This document shows positions 34,470 through 48,166 of a stretch of DNA of 64,000 nucleotides, piece by piece; within the stretch, counting starts at the first letter, position 1, and the number at the start of each line of letters is the position of its first letter. The position numbers were made by a program, and so were the translations under genes. The notes under the pieces were generated by a model. It was not told the DNA's origin, did not search any database, and was given only the letters and a program-made list of their open reading frames with translations. Origin of the DNA: Squalus acanthias (lineage: Eukaryota); NCBI GenBank assembly GCA_030390025.1, contig CM059432.1:115384001-115448000 (forward strand), written 5' to 3'.

Positions 34470-35355
34470 TCTTGGTGGAGTAGTGGATGAGGTGGAGGGC
34501 AGTTGTAGGCTGCAAAGAGACATTGATAGGATGCAGAGCTGGGCCGAAAAATGGCAGATGGAATTTAACCCTGATAAGTGCGAGGTGATTCATTTTGGTA
34601 GGGCAAATTTGAATAAGGATTACAGGGTCAACGGCAGGGTTCTGAGGAACGTGGAGGAGCAGAGGGATCTGGGGGTTCATATCCACAGATCTCTGAAGGT
34701 TGCCACTCAAGTGGATAGAGCAGTAAAGAAGGCCTATGGTGTGTTGGCGTTTATTAACAGAGGGTTTGAGTTTAAGAACCGTGGGGTTATGCTGCAACTG
34801 TACAGGACCTTGGTGAGACCACATTTGGAATATTGTGTGCAGTTCTGGTCACCTCACTATAGGAAGGACGTGGAAGCATTGGAAAGAGTGCAAAGGAGAT
34901 TTACCAGGATGCTGCCTGGTTTGGGGGGGAGGTCTTATGAGGAAAGATTGAGGGAGTTGGGGCTTTTCTCTTTAGAACGGAGGAGGATGAGAGGCGACTT
35001 AATAGAGGTTTATAAGATGATGAGGGGGATAGATAGAGTGGATGTTCAGAGACTATTTCCTCAGGTAGAGGCAGCTGTTACAAGGGGGCATAACTATAAG
35101 GTGCATGGGGGGAGATATAGAAGGGATGTCCGAGGTAGATTCTTTACTCAGAGAGTGGTTGGGGTGTGGAATGGACTGCCTGCTGTGATAGTGGAGTCGG
35201 ACACTTTAGGAACTTTCAAGCGGTTATTGGATAAGCACATGGAGCACACCAGAGTGATAGGGAGTGTGATAGCTTGATCTTGGTCTCGGACAATGCTCGG
35301 CACAACATCGAGGGCCGAAGGGCCTGTACTGTGCTGTACTGTTCTATGTTCTATG
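34470..35355 (+). mobile_element. Young 5'-truncated CR1; ORF2 C-terminus uninterrupted (34483-35277)
   Basis: 264-codon open frame LQRDIDRMQSWAEKWQMEFNPDKC...LYRTLVRPHLEYCVQFWSP...FFTQRVVGVWNGLP; (TTCTATG)n tail. Confidence 0.95.
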
Positions 35356-35635
35356 AAACATGTTCCAAAGCAATAACATACATCAAGCTTTGTATTAAAA
35401 GCTTATGATATCATCTCAACCCCCTGATATATGACTGGTGTGTGTGTCTGTGTGTGCGTCTATGTGTGTATAATAAAGATCTGTTCTGCAGATATGGAGG
35501 TGATTTCTTGTGTGCATAATCTATTTTTGTGAATGATATCCTTGGGGTCTCTGTCACACTTTTGGCAAAGTTATGGCAGTAGAGTGGGAGCAGCTCCAAA
35601 GAAAATGTCAGCCTATGAAATTCACTGTAAACTAT

Positions 35636-36431
35636 GGCCCGGAATTTGCGGCCAGCAGCGAAGCGAAGCAAAGGCATTCGCCGCTGGCCCCAGAGTAAGC
35701 TTCGCACAAAGCTCTCGCGATCTGTGTGTCGAGAAGTTCGGGTTTTCCAATGTTCAATTAAAATCAACGGAGTATAGTGGGGATTCCCTAGTGCGAGCTG
35801 CTGTGGCGTCAACAGGCTGTCTAAGCAGCCAATCAAAACACAGAATTCTCACAGACAGCGAACAAGGAAGTGGTTAAGCTCTTAAAATTCTAACTTTTCC
35901 AAAAATGTTCGAGAGAGCAAAACAAAGATTGGGGCTCTCACATGGGGAAAAGGCAAACATGAAATAAAGATGAACAAACTTTTTTAAAAATTAAAAAGTT
36001 TCTTAAAAATTTTAATTTTTAATTAAAATGGATAAATTGGACACTGCACAAAATGAAAATTACTTTTTCAGAGCCATAACCTTTGTTCAGCAGTGATAAT
36101 GCTGTCAAAACCCCAGTTACACCTAATCCCTTTGGGTCTAACTTTTAGTGGGGAATTTAACAGCATAATTACTGTGGAAGAGCGAGGTTTTCGTCAGTTT
36201 CCCTGATCTGAGAGATTTCACTGGTTGCCGGCTCTGTGGGTGGTGGGGGTGGGGGTGGGGGGTGGGGGGGGGGGGGGGAGGGTTGGGGGGCACAGCGCAT
36301 CCTGTGTCAGTGCAGTGAATGACAGACCCCAACTTCAGGATTTCCAAATCCCAAAGTTGCGGTCAGTTTCAATGGCGGAATGACGGCGAGCGCTGCCAGT
36401 TCGCCGTCATCCCGACTGCAACTTCCGGGCC
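35636..36431. mobile_element. Harbinger-type MITE (opposite orientation to 30335-31101)
   Basis: TIR GGCCCGGAATTTGC / GCAACTTCCGGGCC; flanks TAT / TAC. Confidence 0.8.
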
Positions 36432-37894
36432 TACATGCCTAAACCAAGAATGAACTCATTTTACTATTTTAATTTGTTACTTTTCTTTCCCTTTGTAAAG
36501 TCAAGGGATTGCTCCCTTACAGGAAAAACAATGGGAGTTTTCAGCTGAAATACAGCTCGTCCACAAGAGAAAGCAGGACCTCACTGGAATTACATAACAC
36601 GTCAAATATTCAACTTTCAAACTTTCCCACTCAAATCTCACTTCCTAAAACACAAGCCTGGGTTATCTCTGGTAAACAGAAGAAAAGAAAACCTGAGGAT
36701 GTCTTTGCAAAGCTATTTATATTGAGTTCTACAAAGCTGCTGTAACACTCCAGCTGTGCATACAGAAAGGGAAAAAAAAACAGATTAACGGCAACACACA
36801 AAGTTTGCCTCATTACTATTTTTAGGCTCCATTGCCAGAAACAGTAAGATGATTCAGAATTAAGCCAGAGTGAGTCATAGCTAAAGACAAATTTCATCTG
36901 AAAGTAATATACTTTGGGACTAAAACATTTTTAATTAGAAGATTTTGCTGCCTACATAAGCAACAGCTAGTTCAAATCCACAGAAACAGTTTTTGTAACA
37001 TCTTTTTTATTTTAAAAAGCTTCTACTGTAACTAAAGTAGTGATTACCCACAACAAGCAACAAACCCAGACACTACTAACAATTTAGTGATAATTGAAGA
37101 CGACAGCCCTCTGTGTTTTGACTGGCTAATGTATCACCAGGGTAACCATATCATTGATTTCGCAGTTTCAAAACACTGTGTACATGGACATGTGAGTGTG
37201 CAACCTGACTGGTGCACCACATGACTTGGTCTGTTAACAAACAGGAAGCAGTTCATGTTAATCATGCTGTGCCGAGAGTTTAATGCTCGGCCAATATTTG
37301 TCTGAATGACAGAGTGAGTCAGTGCTCCTCACCGAGCAAAACTGTTGTTAACACCCAAGTGGAACAAACACAGTGAAACCTGTCTTTCTGGTCAACTTGA
37401 ATAAATATGCAAGTAGACAACATTTTGTTCAGCAACCTTCGTATTTAAAAAAGGGTTTGCTCTATTCGAGCAGCCTTTATTGACTTGGCCAAGTCGCATG
37501 TAAAAATGCCAGCTCAGTGTTACTGAAAATCTGCACGTGGGCGATTCTGCTCTGGAAAAATCAAACAGGCACAGGAAAGCTGCAACAAACCTTTGACACT
37601 GTGGAGTGGGTTTTTAATGGCAGCGGACATTGGGCGGGCAGTGGCAGATCGCACCGCCCGCCCGATCATGCTTGTGCTCCGCTTCAAATTCCCCTTTGAA
37701 ACGGATCAGCTCCTCTGCGGAGTAGAGCCAGGAGTTAAATTTTAAAGGAGAGGAGATAACCAGGAAGGGAGGGATCACTGGCCGGTGCCAGTGGCCGGGA
37801 ATATTTTCGTGGGAACAGGAAGAGTGTTCATGTTCCTCCTGCCATGAGCAAAAATCAGTGCCAACGGTTGCTCTACATTAAGTACCAATTATAT

Positions 37895-38170
37895 AGAATT
37901 TACAGCACAGAAACAGGCCTTTCAGCGCAACATGTCCATGCCGGTGTTTATGCTCCACACGAGCCTCCTCCCACCTTTTTTCATCGCACCCTATCAGCAT
38001 ATCCTTCTATTCCTTTCTCCCTCATGTACTTATCTAGCTTCCCCTTAAATGCATCTATACTATTCACCTCAACCTGTGGTAGTGAGTTCCACATTCTCAC
38101 CACTCTCTGGGTAAAGAAGTTTCTCCTGAATTCCCTATTGGATTTATTGGGGACTATCTTATATATTTAT
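37895..38170 (-). mobile_element. CR1 3' end
   Basis: Reverse complement of FRRNFFTQRVVRMWNS and the CR1 tail. Confidence 0.8.
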
Positions 38171-38445
38171 GCCCCCCCCACCCCGCCCCCACCATTTTGA
38201 ACTCCCCTTAAGTTACAAAGGGGGAGAAATTCGGTATCGCCCCGTTTGGGGCACAATTATCGGCCGGGGGCAAAGATTAGCGCCTGGCGCTAATTATCAC
38301 CTCCGACTGCAAACTTGGCTTTTATTGCCCCTGGAGGTGATTACAGCGCTAAATCAGGCGCTGCACACCTGTCTTAAGGCGCAAAGGCCGAGGAGCGAGG
38401 CGCTAACTCAGAGCGCGGGCGCAGTGCAGGTGATGTCAGTTAGCG

Positions 38446-40343
38446 ATGGAACACAGACACACTGGCGCCGGCCAGTTCTTAAAGGGGAAGGTCGATCTTG
38501 CTCTCCAGCCACACCCTGCTCATTGGAGCCTTGAATCTCAGCCTGGAGAGACCTGTGACAATATTTTCCAGCCAAGGACTAAGGAGAGGGTGAGAGAACG
38601 AGCTCAGCGCTTCAGCGAGCGGGCCTTGGAGGCTCTGGTTGGTGCGGTGGAGCGCAGAAGATCAATACTCTACCCTGAGAGTGGCAGGAGGTCTTTGCCG
38701 CGCGACTACAGAAGAGTGTGGAGGGAGGTGGCTCAGCACGTCTCCTCCATGAGCATGGTGCCCAGGACCCATACTCAATGTCGCAAAAAGTTCAACGACC
38801 TCACTCGGGTCGTCAGGGTGAGTGGCTTTTTTTCAATACCTCTCCATCCCTCCATTTCAACCTCACTCTATGGCCAGAGGGTCTTAAAACCCCAATGACC
38901 AACACTCATCCAACACCTATGGCCCTCTCATGAAACACACACGCACATTCCACACCATGCTTACAATAAGGGCTATTCAACTATGGGAGGCACATCAGGC
39001 AAGACCATGGCTGTATATTTACTCAGATGCCGTCCTTTTTCTTGTAGGCCAAGCTATCTCATAATAGGAGACAGCAGCAACGGACGGGTGGAGGGCGGCC
39101 TCAGCTGCAACCCCTCAGCGATCTTGAGGCGTGTGTCCACAGGATTGTGGCAAGCCAGGTGATCGGTCCCATCGCCCCTGGAGAGGTCGACCCCATTCGG
39201 GACAGCAATGGTAAGGTCATCAGCTTTCTCTCCTCTCTCATTCCACTTGTCCCTCACAACACCAGCCTTTGACACTTTCAATCCAACTTACTAAATCGCT
39301 CCACTCCTTCCTCCCTTACTGCCCCCCTGCCCTCACTCTAAAGCCACTCTTGTACCTCCCTGCTTTCAGATGGTGATTCACCAGCTGAGGAGACGGGCCC
39401 TGAAGCTGCCAGTGGGAGCGAAGCCGCAGGCGAGGAGGAAGAGGAAGCCGGAGCATCAGCACCACCCTCTCCTGAGGAAGCCCATTCCCACACTGGGACC
39501 ACGTCTTCCCTGGAGGGGAGCAGGGGGGAAGGGTCTGATGAGGGTGAAGCTCCGGGACCCAGCGGGCTGCAGCAACGCGATGTGGCTAGGGAAGCTCGGG
39601 GGCCTTCTCCCCGGAGGGAGAGTAGGCCAGTGAGTCCTGCTGCACTGGACACAGAGGAGGAGCGGCTCATCGCTGAAATGAACACCCAGGTGGTGGACAT
39701 GCACACTCAGCTCATGGGTGCAGTGGGAAAGGTGCCCGAATGCATTCATGCACTGGCAAGGAGTGTGGAGCACTTTGCTGTAGCACAGGCGGATGCCACG
39801 CAAATGCTTAGTGCTGCAATTCAGTCACTGGCTGCCATGATCCAATCTCAGTCTGCTCTCATGCAGACTCAGATTGAGGCCACGCAAGCACTGACTGCTG
39901 CCATTGTTGCTGGTTCGGACACATTTCCCCGGGGCTTTCACCGCGCCGCAGCAGACCAGCAATCTGTGCTCCAGCAGATTGCTCCGCATGCGGAGGTGCT
40001 GCCCCATGGGAGACGCAGTGTGTCAGTCGAGCAGGGAGTTGCTGTCCTCTCTCAAGATGACAGCATTCCTGCTGCCACCACTGTCACTTCCCCATTGCAC
40101 TTGCCACCGCCTGTAGCCCAGACTGCTGCTGCCCATGCAGAGTTGGTGCAGTCTGCAGCCGGGCCCTCCAGGCCCAGAGCTGGTCGAGGCCGTCCTTCAA
40201 GGGCATCTGTAGTCTCAGGTTCTGACAATCAGCAGCCTTCCACCAGCCTTGCTGCAGCCACTGGGTTTCTATTACGGAGGAGCAGTAGGGTGGGAAGGGG
40301 GGAAGTGAGCAAGGGAAGATCACCCTCGAAGGGCAAAAAGTAG
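38446..40343 (+). CDS. Harbinger Myb/SANT-like protein, 3 exons (38446 or ~38581 to 38817, 39048-39210, 39370-40343); start codon uncertain
   Basis: RERAQRFSERALEALVGAVERRRSILYP...WREVAQHV...RTHTQCRKKFNDL | AKLSHNRRQQQRTGGG | acidic linker, coiled coil, basic tail; AGG|GTGAGT, TTGTAG|, ATG|GTAAGG, TTTCAG| join in frame with no stops. Confidence 0.8.
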
Positions 40344-40654
40344 GAGGTGTGGCGAAATGTTGGGAATTTTTTTATTAAAGGCCGAGGTTCGTGTTCAAAC
40401 TTTTGTTTAGTGTTTTGGACATTATCTCCAGGTTGTGAGAACCAGTTATGTTAATGACTGATTTTTTGTGTTTGTTTCTATTAGTTTGTCATGAAGAAAT
40501 GACACACACAGAGTTTGTTAAATAAATAAGTTTTTGTATTCAAAATGTACAGGTTTGGCCTTTGGAATCATTGCTGTCTTGGCCGGTTTTGGGGTTGCGG
40601 GTTGCTTTCATTCATGTTGTTCTCCATGCCAGAAGCCATTTCCTCAGTAGGGGC

Positions 40655-41805
40655 CTAGAAGCGGCTTGCTATCAGCCGTTGACGGACGCCCCTTGCAGTT
40701 TCAACATTGTGGGCCTCCCTCCCGCCTTGGTGCTGCTGATGATCTTCCTCCTCCTCTTCCTCCTCCTCCTCCGGTGGTGCTCCAAGGCCTGGTGGCATTG
40801 ACTGGGTCCTGAGGATTGCCAGGTTATGCAGCATGCAGCACACAACTATGAAGAGGGAGACTCGCTCAGGCGAGTACTGCAGGGCTCCTCCTGAGTGGTC
40901 CAGACAGCGGAACCGTTGCTTGAGCACGCCGATCGTCTGCTCAATTATGTTCCTGGTGGCGAGATGGCGCTCATTGTACCACAGCTCGGCAGGGGTGTTG
41001 GGGTTTCGGAGCGGTGTCATCAGCCAGGTGCAGAGTGGATAACCCTTGTCTCCGAGGAGCCAACCACTTGGCTGATGCGCTGCCTGGAAAAGTTCTGGCA
41101 CAGCAGTCTGGTGCAGGATGAAAGCATCGTGGCTGCTGCCAGGATAGCGGGCATTGACAGCGAGTATGAGTTGTGTGTGGTCACAGACCAACTGGACATT
41201 TAAGGAGTGGAACCCCTTGCGGTTTCAGAAAACCTCTGCATTCTCATGCGGTGCCCGCAATTCCACATGCGTGCAGTCAATGGCGCCCTGCGCCATGGGG
41301 AAGCCCACTGTCCTCGCAAAGCCCAATACACGTTCATGCTGTTTGGCATGGGTCATCGGGAAAGAGATGTACTGGCGTCTCCTTTTATAGAGGGCATTTG
41401 TGACCTGACGGATACAGCAATGGACCGCGAACTGGGAGATATTTGCGATGTCCCCCATAGCTGCTTGAAAGGAGCTGGTGGCATAAAGATTCAGAGCCAC
41501 TGTGACCTTCACTGCCACCGACAGAGACGTCCTGGTCCTCAGTTGAGGCTGCAGATCTGGCTGCAGCAGGTGGCAGAGCTCAGTGACCACCTCCTTGCTG
41601 AAGCGCAGCCTGCGCAAACACTGCTCCTCAGACAAATGAATGTAGGAGAATTGTTCCCGGAATACCCTGGGAGGGAAACGGTCTCCTGTGCAGAGGCCTG
41701 TTGGCCCTCCTCCGTCTGGCCATGATTGCCACTCTCTCTCTGCGTCTCTGTTGCCTCCAATTTTGCAGGCGCAGGACGACGCCCCGAATCAGTGCAGCCC
41801 CCAAG
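40655..41805 (-). pseudogene. HARBI1-like DDE transposase, complete length, with one in-frame stop and a 5' frameshift
   Basis: GAIDCTHV (D), [36 protein letters not shown] (D), [19 protein letters not shown] (E), CCMLHN; TGA at 41225-41227; frameshift near 41675. Confidence 0.95.
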
Positions 41806-43484
41806 TCTCTTGCTAATCGAAGTAATGAAAGTCAAATCCAAAAGTACCTGCAAAGTGATGCTCAGTATCAAAACTACTTCACACAGCGTTGACTCTATGC
41901 AGAGGTCTCTCTATCTCTCTCTCAGAATCTCTCTCTCTGTCAGAATGAGTGGTGCAAAAATGTCTACACAGAAAAAGCCAGGAAGAGTGCACCTTTAAAT
42001 AGCGCCCCCCTAGCCCCTCACCGACTGGGAAACGTTCCAGTCTCCCTGTCGTTGCTAGCGCCAGGCGGCAAGGAGGGGGGCGCCACTCAATATCCGGTCC
42101 GGGGCGCCACCAGGGCGTTGCACGCTCGACTGACGTCACGACCTGCGGGCGCAGGAGATTGGGGCGGTAAACTTTTGCGCCGCCGCAAAAACTCTAGTTA
42201 ATTTCGCGAGCGGCGCAAATATCGCCGCTCCCGGGCGCTAGTTGCTTTGTGCCCCAAATGGGAGGTGCAAACCAACCTAATTTTTCCCCCAAAGTATTTA
42301 CAGCACAGAAACAGGCCATTCGGCCCAACAGGTCTATGCCGGTCTTTATGCTCCACAAGAAGCCTCCTCCCACCCCTCTTCATCTCACCCCATCAACATA
42401 TCCTTCTTTACCTTTCTACCTCATGATACCTTTCTCCATCATGTCCAAAGCAAGTGTACACTCCAACCATTCGCACCTGAAAATTGTGTTGGCGTCCTAC
42501 AACCAATGTATGACCCTGATTTAAGTATTTTAATAAGGCCTCCACCAGTTTCGGGCGAGGGCACTGGCTGCTCTCAAGGTCATCTCAAAAATTAAGTCGG
42601 GCAGGCGTCCAGTGGGTGGTATTGCCCGGTATTTCAGCATGTACAGGGTGGCAAGCAAATGAAAATTGCCCCTATGAATCAAAGCACCCTCACAATAAAA
42701 TAGTGTCAGATCTACATATGCAGCTGGTACAGCTGGCAGCTGCACATACATGATCACATGCTGGAGAATAAAGATCCAAGCTCTACCCTTATTAAAAAAG
42801 GAAAGTAATAAAACATTGCAATCATAAGACTCAAAGACAAACTTAAAATGGGCCATGGCAAAATACAGCGTGATTACGCATTCACAAACTGTTGCAACTA
42901 TTCACATACAACAGCCCATGGTAGAAAGCAGAAGAAAACAGATCACAAAGCCACGAAAGGCACCTCTAGCACAGTATGGGATCTAATCAACGGTCCTAGG
43001 CTGCTCAGTTACAAACAGGCCTCTAAGTAAAAGCATTAATGAGGGCACTCAAAGGCACAAAAGGCAATTTTAAAGGTTAGTTTAATAATGTTATTGTGAA
43101 AAAGTTAATTTGTTAAGAGCCTTATTTTCAACATTAGAAATTGATGGCAGATGAAAGGATTGTTGAGAAATACTTGGAGCAATTTGATTGGTTCAACTTC
43201 TCTTGTCTTTTATTGGTAGATTTTGCTGACTGCTCAAGCTCGATTCATTGTTTTTCAATGTCCTCAGCAACTCCTCACGTTCTATTTGCACAATCCCTAC
43301 CTTTGCTCTTTTATGAATATCTAATTTAGTCAAGTCCAAGTGTGACACTGAAACATGTATTTATTTGGCATTACGCCAAAGTGTGGCAGACAAAATGCAC
43401 GCTAGAAGCAATGTTTCTAATATATTACTGGCAGATCTCGTGGTGTTGCTCACAGTGAATCAGAAGTTATGCTGTTAGGGGATT

Positions 43485-43960
43485 GCTGGCCATGAAAATA
43501 AAGTACTGGTGTATATCTCCAATGAGACCTGTCCAGAAACAGTGAAGACAGTATTTTTTTTGTGCTGTTGTTGGGAATAGAAAACTATTCTTTCAAACAT
43601 CCAGGTCAGGTACAGCACAGCCAGATGTAAAGCAAAGATCCCTCTACCCTGCCCTATCAACACTTTTTCAGCCCCAACCTCAGAAAGGTGTACCTACTGC
43701 ACCAGTACGACATTTTCTTCCCCATTTCCCATAGCAGTGATTTTTTGCCCCCTGTGAGTGAGACTGCCAATTGGTGCTGAATTAGGGACAGATTTATGAC
43801 AGAGGCCAATGCCCACTAACATTGAGACTGCCCAAACTAATTCCACGTGGGACCTTAGAGCCAGAAGACAGGAACTTTCATCCCATCAATCTGAGTTGGA
43901 TTTGAACCCAGTTCCCAGAGGTGAAAGGTCAGTGCCAGACCCACTGCACTGCCCAGCTCG
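43485..43960 (-). mobile_element. Old tRNA-derived SINE (LF-SINE-like head)
   Basis: Minus-strand head ...CCTTTCACCTCTGGGAACTGGGTTCAAATCC... (B box); a more diverged related segment lies near 60095-60640. Confidence 0.5.
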
Positions 43961-44026
43961 TCGCTCTTCGAAAATAAACACCACAAATGCATAAATGGTC
44001 GGAATTTTAATCTGGCGGGTTGGGAG

Positions 44027-44166
44027 CAATCTTCCCTCTAATTTTTTTTGGGCCGCATGGCCCCTTTAACGTGCCGCGCGGCCCATGCAAAGTTCCGCGT
44101 ATGCACGGTTTTTCTATTTAAAAACCGGCTCACCAGCTGTGCGGGACCACCAAAAGAAGAGCATTG
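44027..44166. mobile_element. hAT-type MITE (reverse orientation)
   Basis: Starts CAATCTTCCC and ends GCATTG; TSD GTTGGGAG / GTTGGGGG; internal similarity to 6313 and 15895. Confidence 0.8.
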
Positions 44167-44194
44167 GTTGGGGGCGGGTGGGGGGCTAGAAAGC

Positions 44195-44507
44195 AGATGT
44201 TTAAAATCATGAAGGGTTTAGGTAGAGTGAATAAAGAGAAACTGTTTCCAATGGCTGAAGGATCAATAACAAGGGGGCACAACGAGTGGTTAGGATCTGG
44301 AATGCACTGCCTGATAGGGCGGTGGATACAGATTCAATAGTAGCCTTCAAAAGGGAATTGGATAAATACTTGAAGGAGAAAAAATTGCAGGAATATGGGG
44401 AAAGAGCGGGGGAGTGGGACTAACTGGATTGCTCTTCGAAAGAGCTGGCGCAGACTCGATGGGCCAAATGGCCTCCTTCTGTGCTGTTCGATTCTATGAT
44501 TCTATGA
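44195..44507 (+). mobile_element. CR1 3' end
   Basis: FKIMKG...WNALP remnant; tail GGGCCAAATGGCCTCCTTCTGTGCTG...(ATTCTATG)2. Confidence 0.85.
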
Positions 44508-47500
44508 ATTAAAAGGCTGCAGATACTGTGACTTGGGTATTTTCTGTTGCTGGAGCATTTGTACATCCCAAATGACTGTGTTGTTTCTTTATACCCTTGA
44601 CACAGAAATTTGCTTTCAACTATTACTGTGATAGTGAATCGGCAGCCCTTTTTATTATGTCCTGATTTTTATTTCCATAGGCATCAAGAGACGTAGTGGT
44701 AGATCTTGACTTTGTGCGAAAGTGTAAAACAGGTGATAGCAAATCGGCAGCTCGTTTCACATCGCTCCGATTTTTATTTCCACAGGGTCAATCTTTAAGT
44801 TTTGGAAAGCCTTTCTTTTGCTGCCAGCTGCCATCTCACCAGGTACCTGGCTATGAGCCAGGAACCAGACAGTGATCAGAGCAGGAAGCAGAGAGAAGTA
44901 GCAGCAGCTTGGGTCAGGCAAAAGGTGTGACGCTTACAGGCCACAAGATTGTGCAGCTGCAGACAACATTGACACCTGCAGCCGAGAGATACAACTTGGG
45001 AGTTCGGAGGACCAGAGGTAGAAGTGAGTCACGTGGGAAGAATGAGCCAATCAGAGGTAGGTTTAAGAAATTACATTAGAGAGCCAACTTAGGTTCCACT
45101 ATGTACCTTCCAAAGGCAAAAATCCAAGAGGGAATAGGTCATTAATCCCGAAAGGGTTCAATTACCTCCCACAGACAGTCCAATATTTCCTTTGGGAACT
45201 GCAGTGTTGGGCCACTCTATGTCTGAGAAGGCCCTTACTAAGCTTCCTGTTCTACATCGAAGTGATAATGCACTGCTCGAACTTTCCGGGCTTCCATCCA
45301 GGTGCACACCGCTGATGTACCGTTATAGGTGCCAGCAACCCACCTGGAGTATATTAATGACCCTATATCTGCAATATGGGATGGGATCTACAACAAGTTC
45401 TATGGGAAACTGGGAGATCCACTCTGCTGCACAAGTCGGGTGGGCATTTCAGGCCCAGTAAGGTTACCAATAGCAGAAAACTGTGATAGACAAGCATTAT
45501 GGGGAACAGTGTGTGATGGAAAAGGCATAATGGTGTTACAGGGAGCTTTATCACACCATACGCACAATAGCATTTGCCCATGCAGGTGTGATGTAAAGTG
45601 TTATAATGCTGGATTCTCTTCAGAATCTGAACTAACTGCTCATGGTGTTATGCTTTCCCAATCCCATCCTTGTGGGTGTGCCATATAATTTAAAACCTTT
45701 GAATTCAAAATTTATGAATGCGAGTAATGCAGGAAGTGCCAACTTTGATTTTTACTGAAGCACGACTGGTTCAGACTGCTGTGAAGTAATCCCCTATCTA
45801 TGATTTCACTGTATACTGATAACATTTTTGATCAAACTATGGTGGTGATTCTGGTTTCTCACTGTTAATAGGATAAGAGTCATAAACGTTTATAACCACT
45901 AATGTGATTAGGTTCAGAGTAGTTATTTGTCAACCAGGGCTCAGTTCTAATCAATATTCAGTTATCTGAAGTTGACATAGTCTACTGAAACTGAATTAGA
46001 AGCATCAGTGCACAACAGCTGATCATGGTTCAGAATAAACCCTCTGTATTCTGCAAAGCCATACGAGATCAGATAGGTTTAATCCCTGGTATGTGCGGAG
46101 AACTTAACCAGGATTCCCAGTCTTGATCACAATCTAATGATTCCTGCTGGAAGGTGCATGTTTGTGTACGTTGAGTGAGGACACAATTGGACTAGGTTGT
46201 GCTGCCCTCCACAGTTTGAACAGATTGCCAGCGCTCACACATCACTAATGGCCATTTGGGTGAGGTATTCGAGGGTGGCCTGGCCAGCATGCAGAGAGCC
46301 AGATGCCACCAAGGAGTCAGATCTTCAGAAAGGGAAGCGAGAAAATGTGGGATACAAAAAAAAAGTACAGGACAGTAGGCAATCCCATTACATTTTAGAC
46401 ATTCCTTTAACTTTTTAAGATTCCTTCAGTGATCTTTGTCATGGGAAGATACTTTGGATGGTGTATGGACATTTTGAACAGTGCAACTTCTGTTTAAGTC
46501 GCTACGGTGTTGCTCAAGCTGCCCATTCAAACTGTCCCTACATCAACAGCACGATGCCTCCTGTGAAAAAGTTTAACTTCATTTAATCAAATTCCACTGA
46601 ACAGATTCTAAAAGTTAATATTAAAAGAATGCCAAAGGCTCAGTCCAACTGTAACAAAACTGCGTGCTCCCAGTGCTACTCACGTGCCACCTTCAGATGT
46701 GGTATTCATTTTGTTACAGTGATTACTTGGGGACCTGTCCAGATCATTCATTATAACCAAATTCCACTGTAACTGTATCAGGATATATTACTTATCAGGT
46801 GATTATAATATACTGCAACTGAGTCGAAAAAGTCTTGATGGCTTTACCTCAACTCAGACTTCCCGTGCACCTGCCCGTGACAGCTTTCCCAGCCTTACTA
46901 CCTCATTTCCCAACCGACCAACGGTTAAAGTTAGAAAAATGCAACTGTTTATTTCCAGTCTCCAAGGCTGATTACTTCACAGGATATGCAATTCCAGTTT
47001 TCAAAGCTGGCCTCACTGTAGTTAAAATGCACACTCAAGCTCTTGTCTAATTATTCATATTGTAATTAAATTTTGGCCAATGTAGATCATCATTGCCCAT
47101 CCTTCCTAACTACCTAGTTTTATAACGATTTTTGGTGGCTTTATGTATTTATATACATTAGGGCTCTCAGAAATTAAAATGTATTAGAGTAAACTTTATG
47201 TTCCTTTCCTGGTTAGTTCATTATTGGATCGATCAACAAGTGGTTTCTAAGTGACTTACTCCTCAGTGTTGAGTGTCATTTTACTGCGTCAATAAGCACA
47301 CATCTGTCATAAAACACGCACAGACATAGATGCAGGAATAACTGACACTGGGAAATCCACGTCATTCACTTTTGCTATTTTCCACAAGTGAGTGGGACTC
47401 TTTTAAGATGAAATTTTGCTTGCCATGGGGAAGCTGAACTATTTCAAGAGTTTCAGTCTATCAGGTGCTACAGGATAGCATGCGTATGAAACACAGCTAG

Positions 47501-48166
47501 ACAAGTTTTAGACAGTCAGAAAAGAAAGAACTCAGTCAGCATTTGCAGAGCAAAAACAGCTTACTGTTCAAGGCAGCAAAAGAGAAAAAATATGGAAAAT
47601 GGAGGAGTTGCATGTTGCAGAGAGTCAGATGGATGACCGACTTGGAAATTAAATGCAGCGGCAAAATAAAAGCTGCGGGGAGAAAACAAATTAAATAAAG
47701 TAATGAGAAAAGGAAAGTAAATTTTAAGAGAAAAGAAGCAAGTTGATGAGGGAAGTACTAAACTGGAGTTGCAAATATGGATGGACACGTCCCAGGAATG
47801 AACAACATAATTAAAGGAGAAGGACCAACTTTGGAGATACTTTGAGCACAAAGTACGAATCCCCACCCCTCCCCTCCCCTCCCTTCTGTTTAAAATGCGT
47901 GCATCTCCCACCCATCAGAAGGTATCCTCATCACTAAGTTTCCTCCCCATGGAGACCAGCCATTTTCATGAACAGGCCCACCAACTCTCCAGCATTCCCA
48001 CCTCAGAATCAAGCTATCACGCAGGTTGGCTATGCTGGCTAACACCAACATTCAGCGTGGTTGTGAAAGTCCTTTATAGAGGAAGCCTGCCGCTTTAACC
48101 GCACTTGTGTTTTTGGTACAAGTGGATGCCTCAGGTGACCACCTATTGACTGAAAATCTGACACCT

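Larger units (their letters stand above)
38220..42290 (+). mobile_element. PIF/Harbinger DNA transposon, family B, full-length (about 4.1 kb)
   Basis: TIR GGGGGAGAAATTCGGT / ACCTAATTTTTCCCCC (14/16 match); AAA TSD; convergent Myb/SANT and transposase genes. Confidence 0.93.

Noticed and set aside
40655..41805. Host HARBI1 gene
   Set aside because: Lies between TIRs with a TSD, is paired with a Myb ORF and carries lesions, so it is a transposon copy rather than the domesticated gene
45192..45688. Overlapping ORFs in unique sequence (e.g. EYINDPISAIWDGIYNKFYGKLG)
   Set aside because: No recognisable family; frame and splice sites ambiguous
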